DNA of 64,000 bases from an uncultured Bacteroidales bacterium (GTDB lineage: Bacteria > Bacteroidota > Bacteroidia > Bacteroidales > ML635J-15), in the NCBI GenBank assembly GCA_964511665.1, contig CAZEHA010000006.1:17182-81181 (forward strand). The letters run 5' to 3'. Shown here in pieces: positions 20,122 to 29,486 of the stretch (position 1 is its first letter; every line of letters starts with the position of its first letter). Below the pieces are notes generated by a model. That model had not been told where the DNA came from, made no database searches, and saw nothing but the letters and a program-made list of their open reading frames with translations. The translations under genes and the position numbers were made by a program.

Positions 20122-20700
20122 ATGAATAACTGGAAAAACTTCACTAAAGGTTTCATTAAAGAAAACCCTGTTTTTATCCTCTTACTGGGGCTTTGTCCTA
20201 CTTTAGGCGTAACTACATCGGCCATAAATGGGCTGGGCATGGGATTGGCCACAACTTTTGTGCTGGTGTGTGCCAATGTAGTGGTCGCATTGATAAAAAA
20301 TTTGATACCAAACAAAGTACGCATACCTTCGTTTATTGTTATTATTGCATCGTTTGTTACCATTATCGATTTGGTGATGGCAGCATATGTTCCTGCTTTG
20401 TACGAAGCTCTCGGATTGTTTATACCCCTTATTGTGGTGAATTGCGCTGTGCTGGGTCGTGCCGAAGCTTTTGCATCAAAAAACACAGTTTTTTCATCGC
20501 TTATCGACGGACTTGGAATGGGGCTAGGGTTTACTTTTGCACTGACCCTATTGGGGGCTGTGCGCGAATTGCTTGGTAGCTATGCTCTATTTGGATATAA
20601 ATTTATTCAAACCGACGGAATCCTTGTGTTTGTACTGGCACCAGGAGCATTCTTTGGATTGGCATACCTGATTGCACTAATGAAAAAACTCAATAAATAA
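20122..20700 (+). CDS. rnfE: Rnf complex subunit E
   Basis: An RnfA/RnfE-family polytopic protein ([11 protein letters not shown]), with AGGAGG 8 nt upstream of the ATG. Confidence 0.92.
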   Translation: MNNWKNFTKGFIKENPVFILLLGLCPTLGVTTSAINGLGMGLATTFVLVCANVVVALIKNLIPNKVRIPSFIVIIASFVTIIDLVMAAYVPALYEALGLFIPLIVVNCAVLGRAEAFASKNTVFSSLIDGLGMGLGFTFALTLLGAVRELLGSYALFGYKFIQTDGILVFVLAPGAFFGLAYLIALMKKLNK

Positions 20701-20722
20701 ATCCATCTAATAACACTATATT

Positions 20723-21295
20723 ATGGAATATATCTTAATAATAATTGCTGCAGTTTTCGTCAACAATATTGTGTTGGCGCAGTTTCTCGGAATATGTCCC
20801 TTTCTGGGTGTTTCCGGAAAAGTGAAAACCTCGGTTGGTATGGGTGGTGCTGTATTGTTTGTTATGACAATAGCAACTATAGTTACCTGGCTTATTATGA
20901 AATTCATACTAATCCCTTTCGATATACAGTATATGCAAACCATAGCATATATATTGGTTATAGCCTCGCTGGTGCAGATGGTCGAAATCGTTCTGAAAAA
21001 AGTAAGTCCATCTCTTTATCAGGCATTGGGCGTGTTTCTTCCGCTTATCACTACCAATTGTGCTATATTGGGCGTAGCCATTCTGGTAATTCAAAAAGAA
21101 TTTATTCTTCTCGAAAGTGTGATTTTCGCCATTGGTAATGCCATTGGTTTTACTTTGGCTATTGTTATTTTTGCAGGTTTACGCGAACATCTCGATAAAC
21201 TTCCGGTACCTAAAGGTATGAAAGGAGCTCCTGCTGCTTTGGTTATAGCCGGTATTCTTGCTTTGGCCTTTATGGGATTTGCCGGAATTGTATAG
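20723..21295 (+). CDS. rnfA: Rnf complex subunit A
   Basis: RnfA/RnfE family ([20 protein letters not shown]). It is the last gene of the cluster. Confidence 0.92.
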   Translation: MEYILIIIAAVFVNNIVLAQFLGICPFLGVSGKVKTSVGMGGAVLFVMTIATIVTWLIMKFILIPFDIQYMQTIAYILVIASLVQMVEIVLKKVSPSLYQALGVFLPLITTNCAILGVAILVIQKEFILLESVIFAIGNAIGFTLAIVIFAGLREHLDKLPVPKGMKGAPAALVIAGILALAFMGFAGIV

Positions 21296-21315
21296 TATTC
21301 TATTTGTAGGAAAAG

Positions 21316-21341
21316 AAAAAGCGCAGGCATGCGCTTTTTTT
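21316..21341 (+). terminator. intrinsic terminator after rnfA
   Basis: aaaaagcgca-ggca-tgcgcttttttt is a perfect GC-rich stem with a tetraloop and a T run (an A run upstream makes it bidirectional-looking). Confidence 0.8.
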
Positions 21342-21382
21342 ATATTACATTTTATTACTTTTTGACTTAAAAAATAAATGGA

Positions 21383-22162
21383 ATGAACACCGATAAACGT
21401 ATCGAAGAATTTAAACGATTGCTCGACATTATGGACCAGCTCAGGGAGAAATGTCCCTGGGATAAAGAACAAACCAACGAGAGTCTCAGAACCCTCACTA
21501 TCGAAGAAGTATTCGAACTTGCCGATGCTGTACAGGCTCAAAATGCATCCGAGATAAAAAAAGAGCTTGGTGACATTCTGTTGCACATTGTGTTTTATGC
21601 CAAAATAGGAGAGGAGAACCAGCAGTTTGATATAGGCGATGTGTTGCAGTCTATCAACGAAAAACTGATTTACCGCCACCCTCACATATTTTCTGATGTA
21701 AGTGTAAGCGATGCCCGCGAAGTGGAACGAAACTGGGAGAAGATAAAGCTAAGCGAAGGACGAAAAAAAACAGTGCTGGGCGGCATTCCTACGGCTATGC
21801 CTGCTATGATTAAGGCCTATCGCATGCAAGATAAAGCCAGAGGTGTAGGCTTCGACTGGGAGCATAAGGAGCAGGTTTGGGACAAGGTGAATGAAGAGTT
21901 GCTGGAACTAAGACACGAAATAGAAAATCAGGATGCGGTGAATACTGAAAAAGAGTTTGGCGACTTGTTGTTTGCTGTTATAAATGCAGCCCGACTGTAT
22001 GGCGTGAATCCTGAAAATGCACTCGAAAAGACCAACCAAAAATTTAAAAAACGCTTCGAATTTCTCGAGTCACAAACCTTACAACACGGCTTTAACATGA
22101 AATCGATGAGCCTCGACGAAATGGATAAGTTTTGGAATGAGGCGAAAAAAAGGGGTATGTAA
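21383..22162 (+). CDS. mazG: nucleoside triphosphate pyrophosphohydrolase MazG
   Basis: 259 aa with tandem MazG domains and the CPWDKEQT and EEVFELADA motifs. Confidence 0.9.
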   Translation: MNTDKRIEEFKRLLDIMDQLREKCPWDKEQTNESLRTLTIEEVFELADAVQAQNASEIKKELGDILLHIVFYAKIGEENQQFDIGDVLQSINEKLIYRHPHIFSDVSVSDAREVERNWEKIKLSEGRKKTVLGGIPTAMPAMIKAYRMQDKARGVGFDWEHKEQVWDKVNEELLELRHEIENQDAVNTEKEFGDLLFAVINAARLYGVNPENALEKTNQKFKKRFEFLESQTLQHGFNMKSMSLDEMDKFWNEAKKRGM

Positions 22163-22165
22163 ACT

Positions 22166-23320
22166 GTGATGATTCTGTCGCTTGCCATAGGATGTTTTGT
22201 TGTAGATGGATGGTCGTTTTGGCTTTCGGTTTTGTTTCTCATATTCTTCATTGTTCAGTTGATTTTTTATGGTTTTATATACCGCAAGGCCTATGCCGTT
22301 GACACAGTAACAATAGCTGAGCAGCATCCTGTTTCGGTGATTGTTGCTGCCCGAAACGATGCACCCGGTTTAAAAAAACTCTTACCCGAATTGCTTCGGC
22401 AGCAGTATGGCTGTTTCGAAATTATTGTGGCCGATGACAGGTCAGTAGATGATACACGCGAAGTAGTGACCACATTTATTGGTAAATCCGATAAAATCAG
22501 GTATCTGAAAGTGGATCCCTGCGTAGATGAGATTCCCGGAAAGAAATTAGCTCTTTCGAAGGCCATTCGGCAGGCTAAATATGAGTTACTCTTGTTTACC
22601 GATGCCGATTGCGTTCCTTCATCATCGAACTGGATACTATTGATGGCTTCTGCATGTAAGCCTAATACCGATTTGGTACTGGGTTATGGAGCCTATGTTG
22701 CCGAAAAAAACTGGCTCAATACATTGATACGATACGACACACAACTTATTGCATTGCAATATTTGGGTATGGCCAATGCCCATATGCCCTATATGGGTGT
22801 TGGGCGTAACCTATTGTACCGCAAATCGCTATGGCAATCGACCAATGGATTTACGCAGCATAGTAGTGTAGCCTCCGGCGATGATGATTTATTTGTGCAG
22901 CAGGCAGTTCAAAAAAGGAACCATGCAACTGTGTTACATCGCGATGCAACAACATTTTCGGTGGCCAAGTCTGAATTTTCGCTGTGGCGTAATCAAAAAA
23001 TACGACACCTAACAACAGCACCTCATTACAAGTTGGGTTTGCAGATATTGTTGATTGCCGAACCCCTTAGTCGTATGGTACTCTATATTATACTTATTTT
23101 GCTTTTCGTTTTTTCGGCGAAATACTTTGCCCTTGCAGCTCTGTTGCTATACTTAATGCTGATGGTGTTGAAAGTACATCGTTTCGATCGTTTTGCAAAA
23201 ACGGCAGGCGAACAAAACTTGAGCATAAAAATATTTTGTTTCGATGTGATTTTGCCATTGGTTTATTCTTATTTTTGGATGATTAAAAAATTTTGCCGCC
23301 CTAACATACAATGGAAATGA
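22166..23320 (+). CDS. membrane-bound family 2 glycosyltransferase
   Basis: It has VSVIVAARNDA...IIVADDRSVDDT and the DAD motif, with flanking TM helices. The start is GTG 22166 or ATG 22169. Confidence 0.85.
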   Translation: MMILSLAIGCFVVDGWSFWLSVLFLIFFIVQLIFYGFIYRKAYAVDTVTIAEQHPVSVIVAARNDAPGLKKLLPELLRQQYGCFEIIVADDRSVDDTREVVTTFIGKSDKIRYLKVDPCVDEIPGKKLALSKAIRQAKYELLLFTDADCVPSSSNWILLMASACKPNTDLVLGYGAYVAEKNWLNTLIRYDTQLIALQYLGMANAHMPYMGVGRNLLYRKSLWQSTNGFTQHSSVASGDDDLFVQQAVQKRNHATVLHRDATTFSVAKSEFSLWRNQKIRHLTTAPHYKLGLQILLIAEPLSRMVLYIILILLFVFSAKYFALAALLLYLMLMVLKVHRFDRFAKTAGEQNLSIKIFCFDVILPLVYSYFWMIKKFCRPNIQWK

Positions 23321-23910
23321 ACGAACATTCGCCCAAGGCGCTCGAAGATATCGCTTTTATTGACGCTGCTCTTTCAGGCGATGGCACTGCCTATACCAAG
23401 CTTTTGAATAAATATTACGATCAGATTTATTATTTATTGCTGCGACGTGTTAACAGCGAAGTGGAAGCCGAAGATTTGGCGATGGAAACATTCGGAAAGG
23501 CATTTAATAATCTGGCGCAATATACTCCCGATTTCGCATTCAGCACCTGGTTGTTTCGCATAGCTACCAACAATTGCATCGATTATCTTCGTAAGAAAAA
23601 AACCAAAACCTATCCACTCGAAGCAGGAAGCGAAGTTTCTGATGTTGAGAATTTGCCGCAGTTATCGGCTTCTTCTCCCAATCCCGAAGAAAGCATTATT
23701 AAAGAACAGAAAGCTTTAATTTTACTCGAGCTGATAAAAAAACTTAAGCCTCGCTATGCCAAGCTGGTCGAATTGAGGTATTATCAAGAGCTTTCGTACG
23801 AGGAAATTTCGCAAGAGCTCGATTTGCCGTTAGGAACCGTAAAGGCTCAATTGTTTAGGGCACGAGAGCTTCTGTATCCACTGATTAAGTATAAAGCCGA
23901 TAACTTCTGA
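23311..23910 (+). CDS. ECF-type sigma-70 family RNA polymerase sigma factor
   Basis: Region 2 (FSTWLFRIATNNCIDYLRKKK) and region 4 (LSYEEISQELDLPLGTVKAQLFRAR) are present. It overlaps the GT2 stop; the alternative ATG at 23317 gives an ATGA overlap. Confidence 0.88.
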   Translation: MEMNEHSPKALEDIAFIDAALSGDGTAYTKLLNKYYDQIYYLLLRRVNSEVEAEDLAMETFGKAFNNLAQYTPDFAFSTWLFRIATNNCIDYLRKKKTKTYPLEAGSEVSDVENLPQLSASSPNPEESIIKEQKALILLELIKKLKPRYAKLVELRYYQELSYEEISQELDLPLGTVKAQLFRARELLYPLIKYKADNF

Positions 23911-23911
23911 A

Positions 23912-24535
23912 ATGAACCGTATTCTAGCAAATTTCCCTTACTTAACCCGCCTGCAGAAAGAGGCTCTTGTTGGTTACGAAGGCTTGTTGCGCAACTATAA
24001 CCAAAACATTAATCTGATATCGCGAAAAGATGTCGATTATATTTACCAGCGACATATTATGCATTCGCTGTCGATTGCCAAGGTTTTTAGTTTTTCGGCT
24101 TCATCGCATATTGCCGATGTGGGTTCAGGAGGTGGCTTTCCGGGTATTCCCCTTGCAATTATGTTTCCGGCGGTTCAATTTACACTTATCGACAGTATTC
24201 AAAAGAAAACCAGGGTGTTAGGAGAAATTGCCGTAAAACTAAACCTGTCGAATGTTTCGGTTGTAAACAGCAGAGTAGAAAGGCTCAACATGAGATTTGA
24301 TTACGTAACAGGGCGTGCTGTAACCGCTTTTCCCGACTTTTATCAATTGACGCGACATCTCATTTCGCCACGAAGCCATAACACAAGGCCCAACGGAATC
24401 ATATATCTGAAAGGCGGCGATATTCACAACGACCTCGAAATGTTTCACAAGGCTCAGGTATTTTCGGTTTCCGATATTTTTCAGGAAGAATTCTTTGCCA
24501 CAAAATCGATAATTTATTTGCCGGTGCACATATAA
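23912..24535 (+). CDS. rsmG: 16S rRNA (guanine527-N7)-methyltransferase RsmG
   Basis: It has the DVGSGGGFPGIPLAI SAM motif and the typical length. It starts 1 nt after the sigma factor stop. Confidence 0.9.
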   Translation: MNRILANFPYLTRLQKEALVGYEGLLRNYNQNINLISRKDVDYIYQRHIMHSLSIAKVFSFSASSHIADVGSGGGFPGIPLAIMFPAVQFTLIDSIQKKTRVLGEIAVKLNLSNVSVVNSRVERLNMRFDYVTGRAVTAFPDFYQLTRHLISPRSHNTRPNGIIYLKGGDIHNDLEMFHKAQVFSVSDIFQEEFFATKSIIYLPVHI

Positions 24536-24640
24536 CTATATTCGCGAGCAGCGTTAACGCAATTATTCAACTCAAAAAACTCACATGTTGAATATTTTGT
24601 TTTTTTTAATACGCTTACTTGTTAAAACAAAATTATGTTC

Positions 24641-24648
24641 TATATTTG
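24641..24648 (+). promoter_or_regulatory. candidate -7 box (TATATTTG) for rpmH
   Basis: It matches TAnnTTTG 45 nt upstream of the rpmH ATG, with cTTG about 20 nt upstream. Confidence 0.4.
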
Positions 24649-24693
24649 CAGTCCGATTTTGAAAGTTTAATTGACAATAAAAATACGAGTGAG

Positions 24694-24852
24694 ATGAAAA
24701 GAACATTCCAGCCTTCGCAACGCAAGAGAAGAAACAAACACGGTTTCCGCGAAAGAATGGCTTCTGCCGATGGTAGAAAATTATTGGCCCGCCGCAGAGC
24801 CAGAGGAAGAAAAAAATTGTCGGTGTCAGACGAAGGCCGGCATAAAGTGTAA
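24694..24852 (+). CDS. rpmH: 50S ribosomal protein L34
   Basis: [22 protein letters not shown]... is the universal L34 sequence. The start is trimmed to Met26 of the 24619 ORF. Confidence 0.95.
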   Translation: MKRTFQPSQRKRRNKHGFRERMASADGRKLLARRRARGRKKLSVSDEGRHKV

Positions 24853-24876
24853 GGTATACTAATACAATATGTTAAA

Positions 24877-24907
24877 GAAAGCTATCGGTTACGGTAGCTT
24901 TTTTTTT
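24877..24907 (+). terminator. intrinsic terminator after rpmH
   Basis: The stem agctatc / ggtagct is followed by a 9-T run. Confidence 0.75.
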
Positions 24908-24984
24908 GAACAAACATTGTGTTGGTGTTGTTTAAGTCAATAATAGTTTATATTTTCGCTCATCAACTTAAAACAAAAACAAGT

Positions 24985-25830
24985 ATGAAAAAAGCTCTTT
25001 TAATTTTTGCATGTGTCATGGGTTTAAGCGTTGCTGTGCAGGCTCAGGACATCGACATGCTATCGAAACGGGGCGTTCCCATTCTGCCTGAACAGGGGGA
25101 CATTGCCTTAGGTATCGACGCTCTTCCCGTATTCAGGTATGTCGGGAATATGTTCAACAACACGGTGAACAACACTATTGCATGGAATTTTGTAGGTGAT
25201 TTGGGTAATACCAACAACATTTATGTGCAATACTACATCGAAGACAACGCTTCTATTCGCATTGGCGCTCGATTTGGTACACAAAACATTATTAATCAGG
25301 AGTTTGTTATGAAAGATCTTGCTGTTCCCGATCCTGATATTATGGTTACCGATCGCTGGCTTATCAGCAATACCAATCTGAATTTGGGCGGTTCCTATCA
25401 AATGCATCGCGGCAAAGGTCGTGTGCAGGGTTACTACGGAGCGGGCCTCATGTTCGTATGGCAGCAGACTTACCATAACTACGATTATGGCAATGCGATG
25501 TCAACAGAATTTAATAGCCCCAACACCACTAATTTTGGGTTTAATATTACTCCAACAGGACGTGTTATCAGCGTTACCGATGTTACCCGCATGGGTGTAG
25601 TTGCTCACGCATTTATTGGTGTTGAGTATTTCTTTGCTCCCAAGGTTTCGATTGGCGGAGAATTCGGTTACGGATTACTTGCAGTGCGCACCAAAGGTGG
25701 TCAGCAAACTGTTGAAAGATTTACAGGTACAGCCATCGAGCACGAAACCACTCCTGTAGCCAACGATGGTATTATTACCCTCGATAATCATAACAATGGT
25801 GCCAATATTTTCTTGAAATTTCATTTTTAA
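24985..25830 (+). CDS. putative outer-membrane beta-barrel protein
   Basis: ATG at 24985 gives the signal peptide MKKALLIFACVMGLSVAVQA. It has alternating beta-strand-like composition and a terminal ..LKFHF. Confidence 0.7.
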   Translation: MKKALLIFACVMGLSVAVQAQDIDMLSKRGVPILPEQGDIALGIDALPVFRYVGNMFNNTVNNTIAWNFVGDLGNTNNIYVQYYIEDNASIRIGARFGTQNIINQEFVMKDLAVPDPDIMVTDRWLISNTNLNLGGSYQMHRGKGRVQGYYGAGLMFVWQQTYHNYDYGNAMSTEFNSPNTTNFGFNITPTGRVISVTDVTRMGVVAHAFIGVEYFFAPKVSIGGEFGYGLLAVRTKGGQQTVERFTGTAIEHETTPVANDGIITLDNHNNGANIFLKFHF

Positions 25831-25869
25831 TAAATAACAAATTAAGTTAAACCAAAAAATTTAAACAAT

Positions 25870-26334
25870 ATGAAAAAGTTCATTCCCTTTTTATTAGTGA
25901 TGTTTTTCGGCGCTGCCGCATTATTAACCGGTTGCACCGAAGACCCACCCGTGGCTGAACCCTTGCCCACATCTACTATCGAAGGCGTTGTATATGCAAA
26001 TATTGACTTAACGAACGCTGTTAATGAAAAAGCGCCTGCTGGAACTAAAATTTTCTTTAGAATTGATGCAGCTGATTTGGTGATGAATCCATTAGTAGGC
26101 TATGCTTACCAAACATTGCAATATGAAACTACCGTAGGCAGCGATGGCAAGTATATGATTGAATTACCTTGCGCAACGCATCAAGCGGTTAATGTTACTA
26201 TTACTGCCGATGATTTTTCTGCAGTTCGTCAGCTTTCTGCAACTACCACCGATACCCATTATTTTGATGCAGGAGTTTTGGTAGTAGGAATTCGTAACGG
26301 AGAAAAACATTTCCAAGATATAATGTACTTCTAG
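25870..26334 (+). CDS. hypothetical lipoprotein (carboxypeptidase-regulatory-like beta-sandwich)
   Basis: Signal peptide with the lipobox LLTGC. It lies 39 nt after the barrel gene. Confidence 0.7.
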   Translation: MKKFIPFLLVMFFGAAALLTGCTEDPPVAEPLPTSTIEGVVYANIDLTNAVNEKAPAGTKIFFRIDAADLVMNPLVGYAYQTLQYETTVGSDGKYMIELPCATHQAVNVTITADDFSAVRQLSATTTDTHYFDAGVLVVGIRNGEKHFQDIMYF

Positions 26335-26353
26335 TACATAATTTGTATTAAAT

Positions 26354-26382
26354 AAAAAAGGCACCTTTTTGGTGCCTTTTTT
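26354..26382. terminator. bidirectional intrinsic terminator between convergent genes
   Basis: aaaaaaggcacc-ttttt-ggtgcctttttt is a perfect 6-bp GC stem flanked by A and T runs. Confidence 0.8.
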
Positions 26383-27382
26383 ATTTAATTTGCAAGAGTA
26401 TTTTTTCTGAGATTTCTTGGTTACCCTCTTTACTCACATGGCACTCATCAAGAAAAACGGCCTGTTCGGCATTCAGTAATTCTGTTATATTGAGTACGTA
26501 GGAGCAGGTGTCGAGCTGATGCTGAATATTGCTGTAGAGAGCTTGCAGACTTTGCGTCCGCAAAGAATTGCTGTTGCTCGACCACGACCAGTTTACCGGT
26601 TGCAAGCAGTGTATGTATCTGATGTTTTTTGCTTTGCAAAAGTCGTAGGTATCTTGTACTCGTTGTGCATAGACCGATGCTATGTTTTGGGAGTTTAGGC
26701 TCAATGCTGCATACAACTTGTTTTCGTCGGCCATCTTGCGTTGTGCGAAATCGAACAGGCGTGCAAGGTTTGGGAAGGCCCCGAAAAAACGACCCGGCAG
26801 CGATTGTTTGCCACTGTTGATGCCGATTGCCCTGAAGTTGTTCCAATGGTGGGGTGGGAGCAAATCTTCGCAAGGGTAATATCGGTTTATGTCGGCACTT
26901 ATCAAATCGTTGTAGCCACTTATCGAAACAATGATGTCGGGTTGGTAATATTGCAGCACCAGTTGAATCATGATAAACTCTTGTTCTATCACAAAAGCCG
27001 GTACACCGGCGTTTATTACTTCGAAAGCGGAATCGGGAAACATTCGATGCAATTCGTTTTCGAGTAAGAACGCAATGCTGTGTTCGGGTTCGTTTCCGTA
27101 GGCAACACTTCCTCCGGTAATTGCAATGCGTGTAACTCCTTCGGGTTTTTTGCGCGTGTAGTTGGTTTTAAACCCATCGGCATTGCGAACTCCGTTTTCG
27201 GGCGACAACTTAAAATAGAAATACGGGTAATCGAGCGTTTCTGTTTTTATCAGGTTCCGGTCTTTAATGCGAAAAACAATTCCCAGAACCATCTCTAGCA
27301 TAACCAGCGTAATAAAGGCAATCAGTGTAAATTGCGCGATGCGAAAAAGCAGTTTTTTGAGTTGTTGTTTACGATTCTGCAT
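26381..27382 (-). CDS. membrane-anchored SGNH/GDSL-like hydrolase family protein
   Basis: An N-terminal TM helix plus the blocks ITGGSVAYGN, SGYNDL and DECHVSKEGN resemble SGNH blocks I, III and V. The assignment is tentative. Confidence 0.6.
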   Translation of the reverse strand: MQNRKQQLKKLLFRIAQFTLIAFITLVMLEMVLGIVFRIKDRNLIKTETLDYPYFYFKLSPENGVRNADGFKTNYTRKKPEGVTRIAITGGSVAYGNEPEHSIAFLLENELHRMFPDSAFEVINAGVPAFVIEQEFIMIQLVLQYYQPDIIVSISGYNDLISADINRYYPCEDLLPPHHWNNFRAIGINSGKQSLPGRFFGAFPNLARLFDFAQRKMADENKLYAALSLNSQNIASVYAQRVQDTYDFCKAKNIRYIHCLQPVNWSWSSNSNSLRTQSLQALYSNIQHQLDTCSYVLNITELLNAEQAVFLDECHVSKEGNQEISEKILLQIK

Positions 27383-28367
27383 TTTTTATTTCGTCGATGA
27401 GTTCCGAAATGCTGATGGGAACCACTCCCGATTTTTCGCAAACCAGTCCTCCGGCCAGATTGGCAATTTTGGCTGTATCGAGTATCCCCAATTGTGCAGT
27501 AAGACATAGCGTAGCCGTACTGATAACTGTGTCGCCGGCTCCCGAAACATCGGCAATATCGCGCTTCTCGGCAGGCAGATGGTGCCATTCTTTGCCATTG
27601 GTAATAAAAACGCCTTCTTCCGACAGGGTAATAAACATGATTTGTATTTGCCTTGCCGACATAAATTCTCGTGCATATTCTTTCAGCGAATCGTAATCGG
27701 TTTTTGCAATGTTGCATTTTAATCCATCGCAAAATTCCTTGAAGTTGGGTTTGAATAATGTTACGTGATAGTATTTGTCGAAATTTCGCTTTTTGGGGTC
27801 AACGGCTGTGATAATATTATTTTTAACGGCAAACTGAGTTAGCTTTGCAATAAGGGCAGGAGTAATCACACCCTTGTCGTAATCTTCGAAAATAATAGCC
27901 GAGACCGTTTTTCCTTTACATATTTTTACGATGCGTCGGAATATTGCATCAGATATTTTGTCGGAAATTGCATGCGAAACTTCATCGTCGACACGCAGCA
28001 AGTGTTGGTTGTTGCTGATGATGCGATTTTTCACTGTTGTTTTACGGTCTGCATCGATAACTATTCCGGCCTCCGACAATTTTTTTTGTTGCAGAAGCTT
28101 CTTTAATATTCTTCCTTTTTCGTCGTTACCGATTACCGAGCACAAAATGGGTTCAGAACCAAGCTCCATAATATTTAGTGCTACATTGGCCGCACCACCG
28201 AGTCGGTTTTCGCGATGGGTAACCGATACAATGGGTATTGGGGCTTCAGGCGATATCCTGTCGACCTTTCCCCACAAATACGAATCAATCATCACATCGC
28301 CAACAATAAGAATGGTTTTTCCCGAAAACGCTTTGTGCAATTCATGTGGATCAATCGAAAGAGTCAT
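27369..28367 (-). CDS. PfkB-family sugar kinase, D-glycero-beta-D-manno-heptose-7-phosphate kinase type (RfaE domain I)
   Basis: It has ILIVGDVMIDSYLWGKVDRISPEAPIPIV...GGAANVA and the C-terminal DVSGAGDTV motif. It overlaps the downstream gene by 14 nt. Confidence 0.85.
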   Translation of the reverse strand: MTLSIDPHELHKAFSGKTILIVGDVMIDSYLWGKVDRISPEAPIPIVSVTHRENRLGGAANVALNIMELGSEPILCSVIGNDEKGRILKKLLQQKKLSEAGIVIDADRKTTVKNRIISNNQHLLRVDDEVSHAISDKISDAIFRRIVKICKGKTVSAIIFEDYDKGVITPALIAKLTQFAVKNNIITAVDPKKRNFDKYYHVTLFKPNFKEFCDGLKCNIAKTDYDSLKEYAREFMSARQIQIMFITLSEEGVFITNGKEWHHLPAEKRDIADVSGAGDTVISTATLCLTAQLGILDTAKIANLAGGLVCEKSGVVPISISELIDEIKNAES

Positions 28368-28410
28368 ATTCAGAATTTTTCCGGGTAAATATAATAATTA
28401 TAAGCCATGA

Positions 28411-29481
28411 TTAAAAAATCATAATTTTTTGAGTAAACAACTCTGTATCGCTGTGCATCATCACACAGTAGCAACCCTTATTATAGTTGCTGATGTCAAT
28501 TTGAATTTCGTTGCAATTGCTGTATTCCTTGCTAAACATAGTATTGCCGAAGCTATCGAGAATACGAATATGAATTGTGATATAGTTTTGTGGCGTTACC
28601 ACATATACCCAATCGTTGGCTGGATTTGGAAAAACCTGTGTTTTACTCAGGCTGTAGAAATAAGCGGTTTGATAATTGGGGTCCCATATTGCATCGGCAT
28701 ATTCGGGGTTGTCGATAAATGGATTGCGGTTGCCCTGAATGGCATACACAGTATTGTTGCGGTTTATTTCCTTGGTGCTTACGGGGTCGGAGTGATGCCA
28801 TTGCAACAACATTTCGAGAGGCTTCGGATTAATACTGCTTCGGTTAACCATACTGTTGTAGTTTGCCGGCCATGAAGCATCTTCGGTATAGTATCGTGTT
28901 GACATATAGAAATAGGTGCGGGCAAAATCGCCTTTATACTCGTCGATGGGTTCAAACACCGTAACCCCTGTCCATCCTGAATAGTTTGATGTTCCAACTT
29001 TTGAACCGTTTTGCGATGTCCACGATGATGAGCCCACCTCACCGAAAGGGTGGTTGCTGCGTCTGTTGTTTACATAGCCGTCGGTTGGGTATAGATGAAA
29101 TAAATCGCTGTAGGCAGGATACGAATCGTTGAACCATGAAGCCGGCCACGAATGTTCACGGTTGAAGCAGTCTCCTTCGTTGTTGTAGTTTCCACATTCA
29201 TCGCTTGAATTATACATATAGGTGTATGGTGGTGTGCCTCCGGGAACATCGCTGTACATATCCCATACGGTATTGTTACTTTTTTTATCGGTCGATTCAA
29301 AATGGGTGTATAAGCTACTATACGATACCGAATTGTGATCGTCGATTATGTTGTGTAGCGCAGCTCGTAATGCTAATCCCGTGAGACCCTGAGCCGAATT
29401 GTAATAGCCTGCAGGTGCTTGAGAAAAAAGATTTACATAGAAAAACAGGCTTAATGCAATGATAGAGAAAATACGAAACAT
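28411..29481 (-). CDS. secreted endonuclease I-family nuclease with T9SS type A C-terminal domain
   Basis: It has a signal peptide and the Endonuclease_1 motifs NREHSWPASWF, HLYPTDGYVNNRRSNHPFGEV and GNRNPFIDNPE. The C-terminus has VFPNPANDWVYV... Confidence 0.85.
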   Translation of the reverse strand: MFRIFSIIALSLFFYVNLFSQAPAGYYNSAQGLTGLALRAALHNIIDDHNSVSYSSLYTHFESTDKKSNNTVWDMYSDVPGGTPPYTYMYNSSDECGNYNNEGDCFNREHSWPASWFNDSYPAYSDLFHLYPTDGYVNNRRSNHPFGEVGSSSWTSQNGSKVGTSNYSGWTGVTVFEPIDEYKGDFARTYFYMSTRYYTEDASWPANYNSMVNRSSINPKPLEMLLQWHHSDPVSTKEINRNNTVYAIQGNRNPFIDNPEYADAIWDPNYQTAYFYSLSKTQVFPNPANDWVYVVTPQNYITIHIRILDSFGNTMFSKEYSNCNEIQIDISNYNKGCYCVMMHSDTELFTQKIMIF

Positions 29482-29486
29482 AAGGC

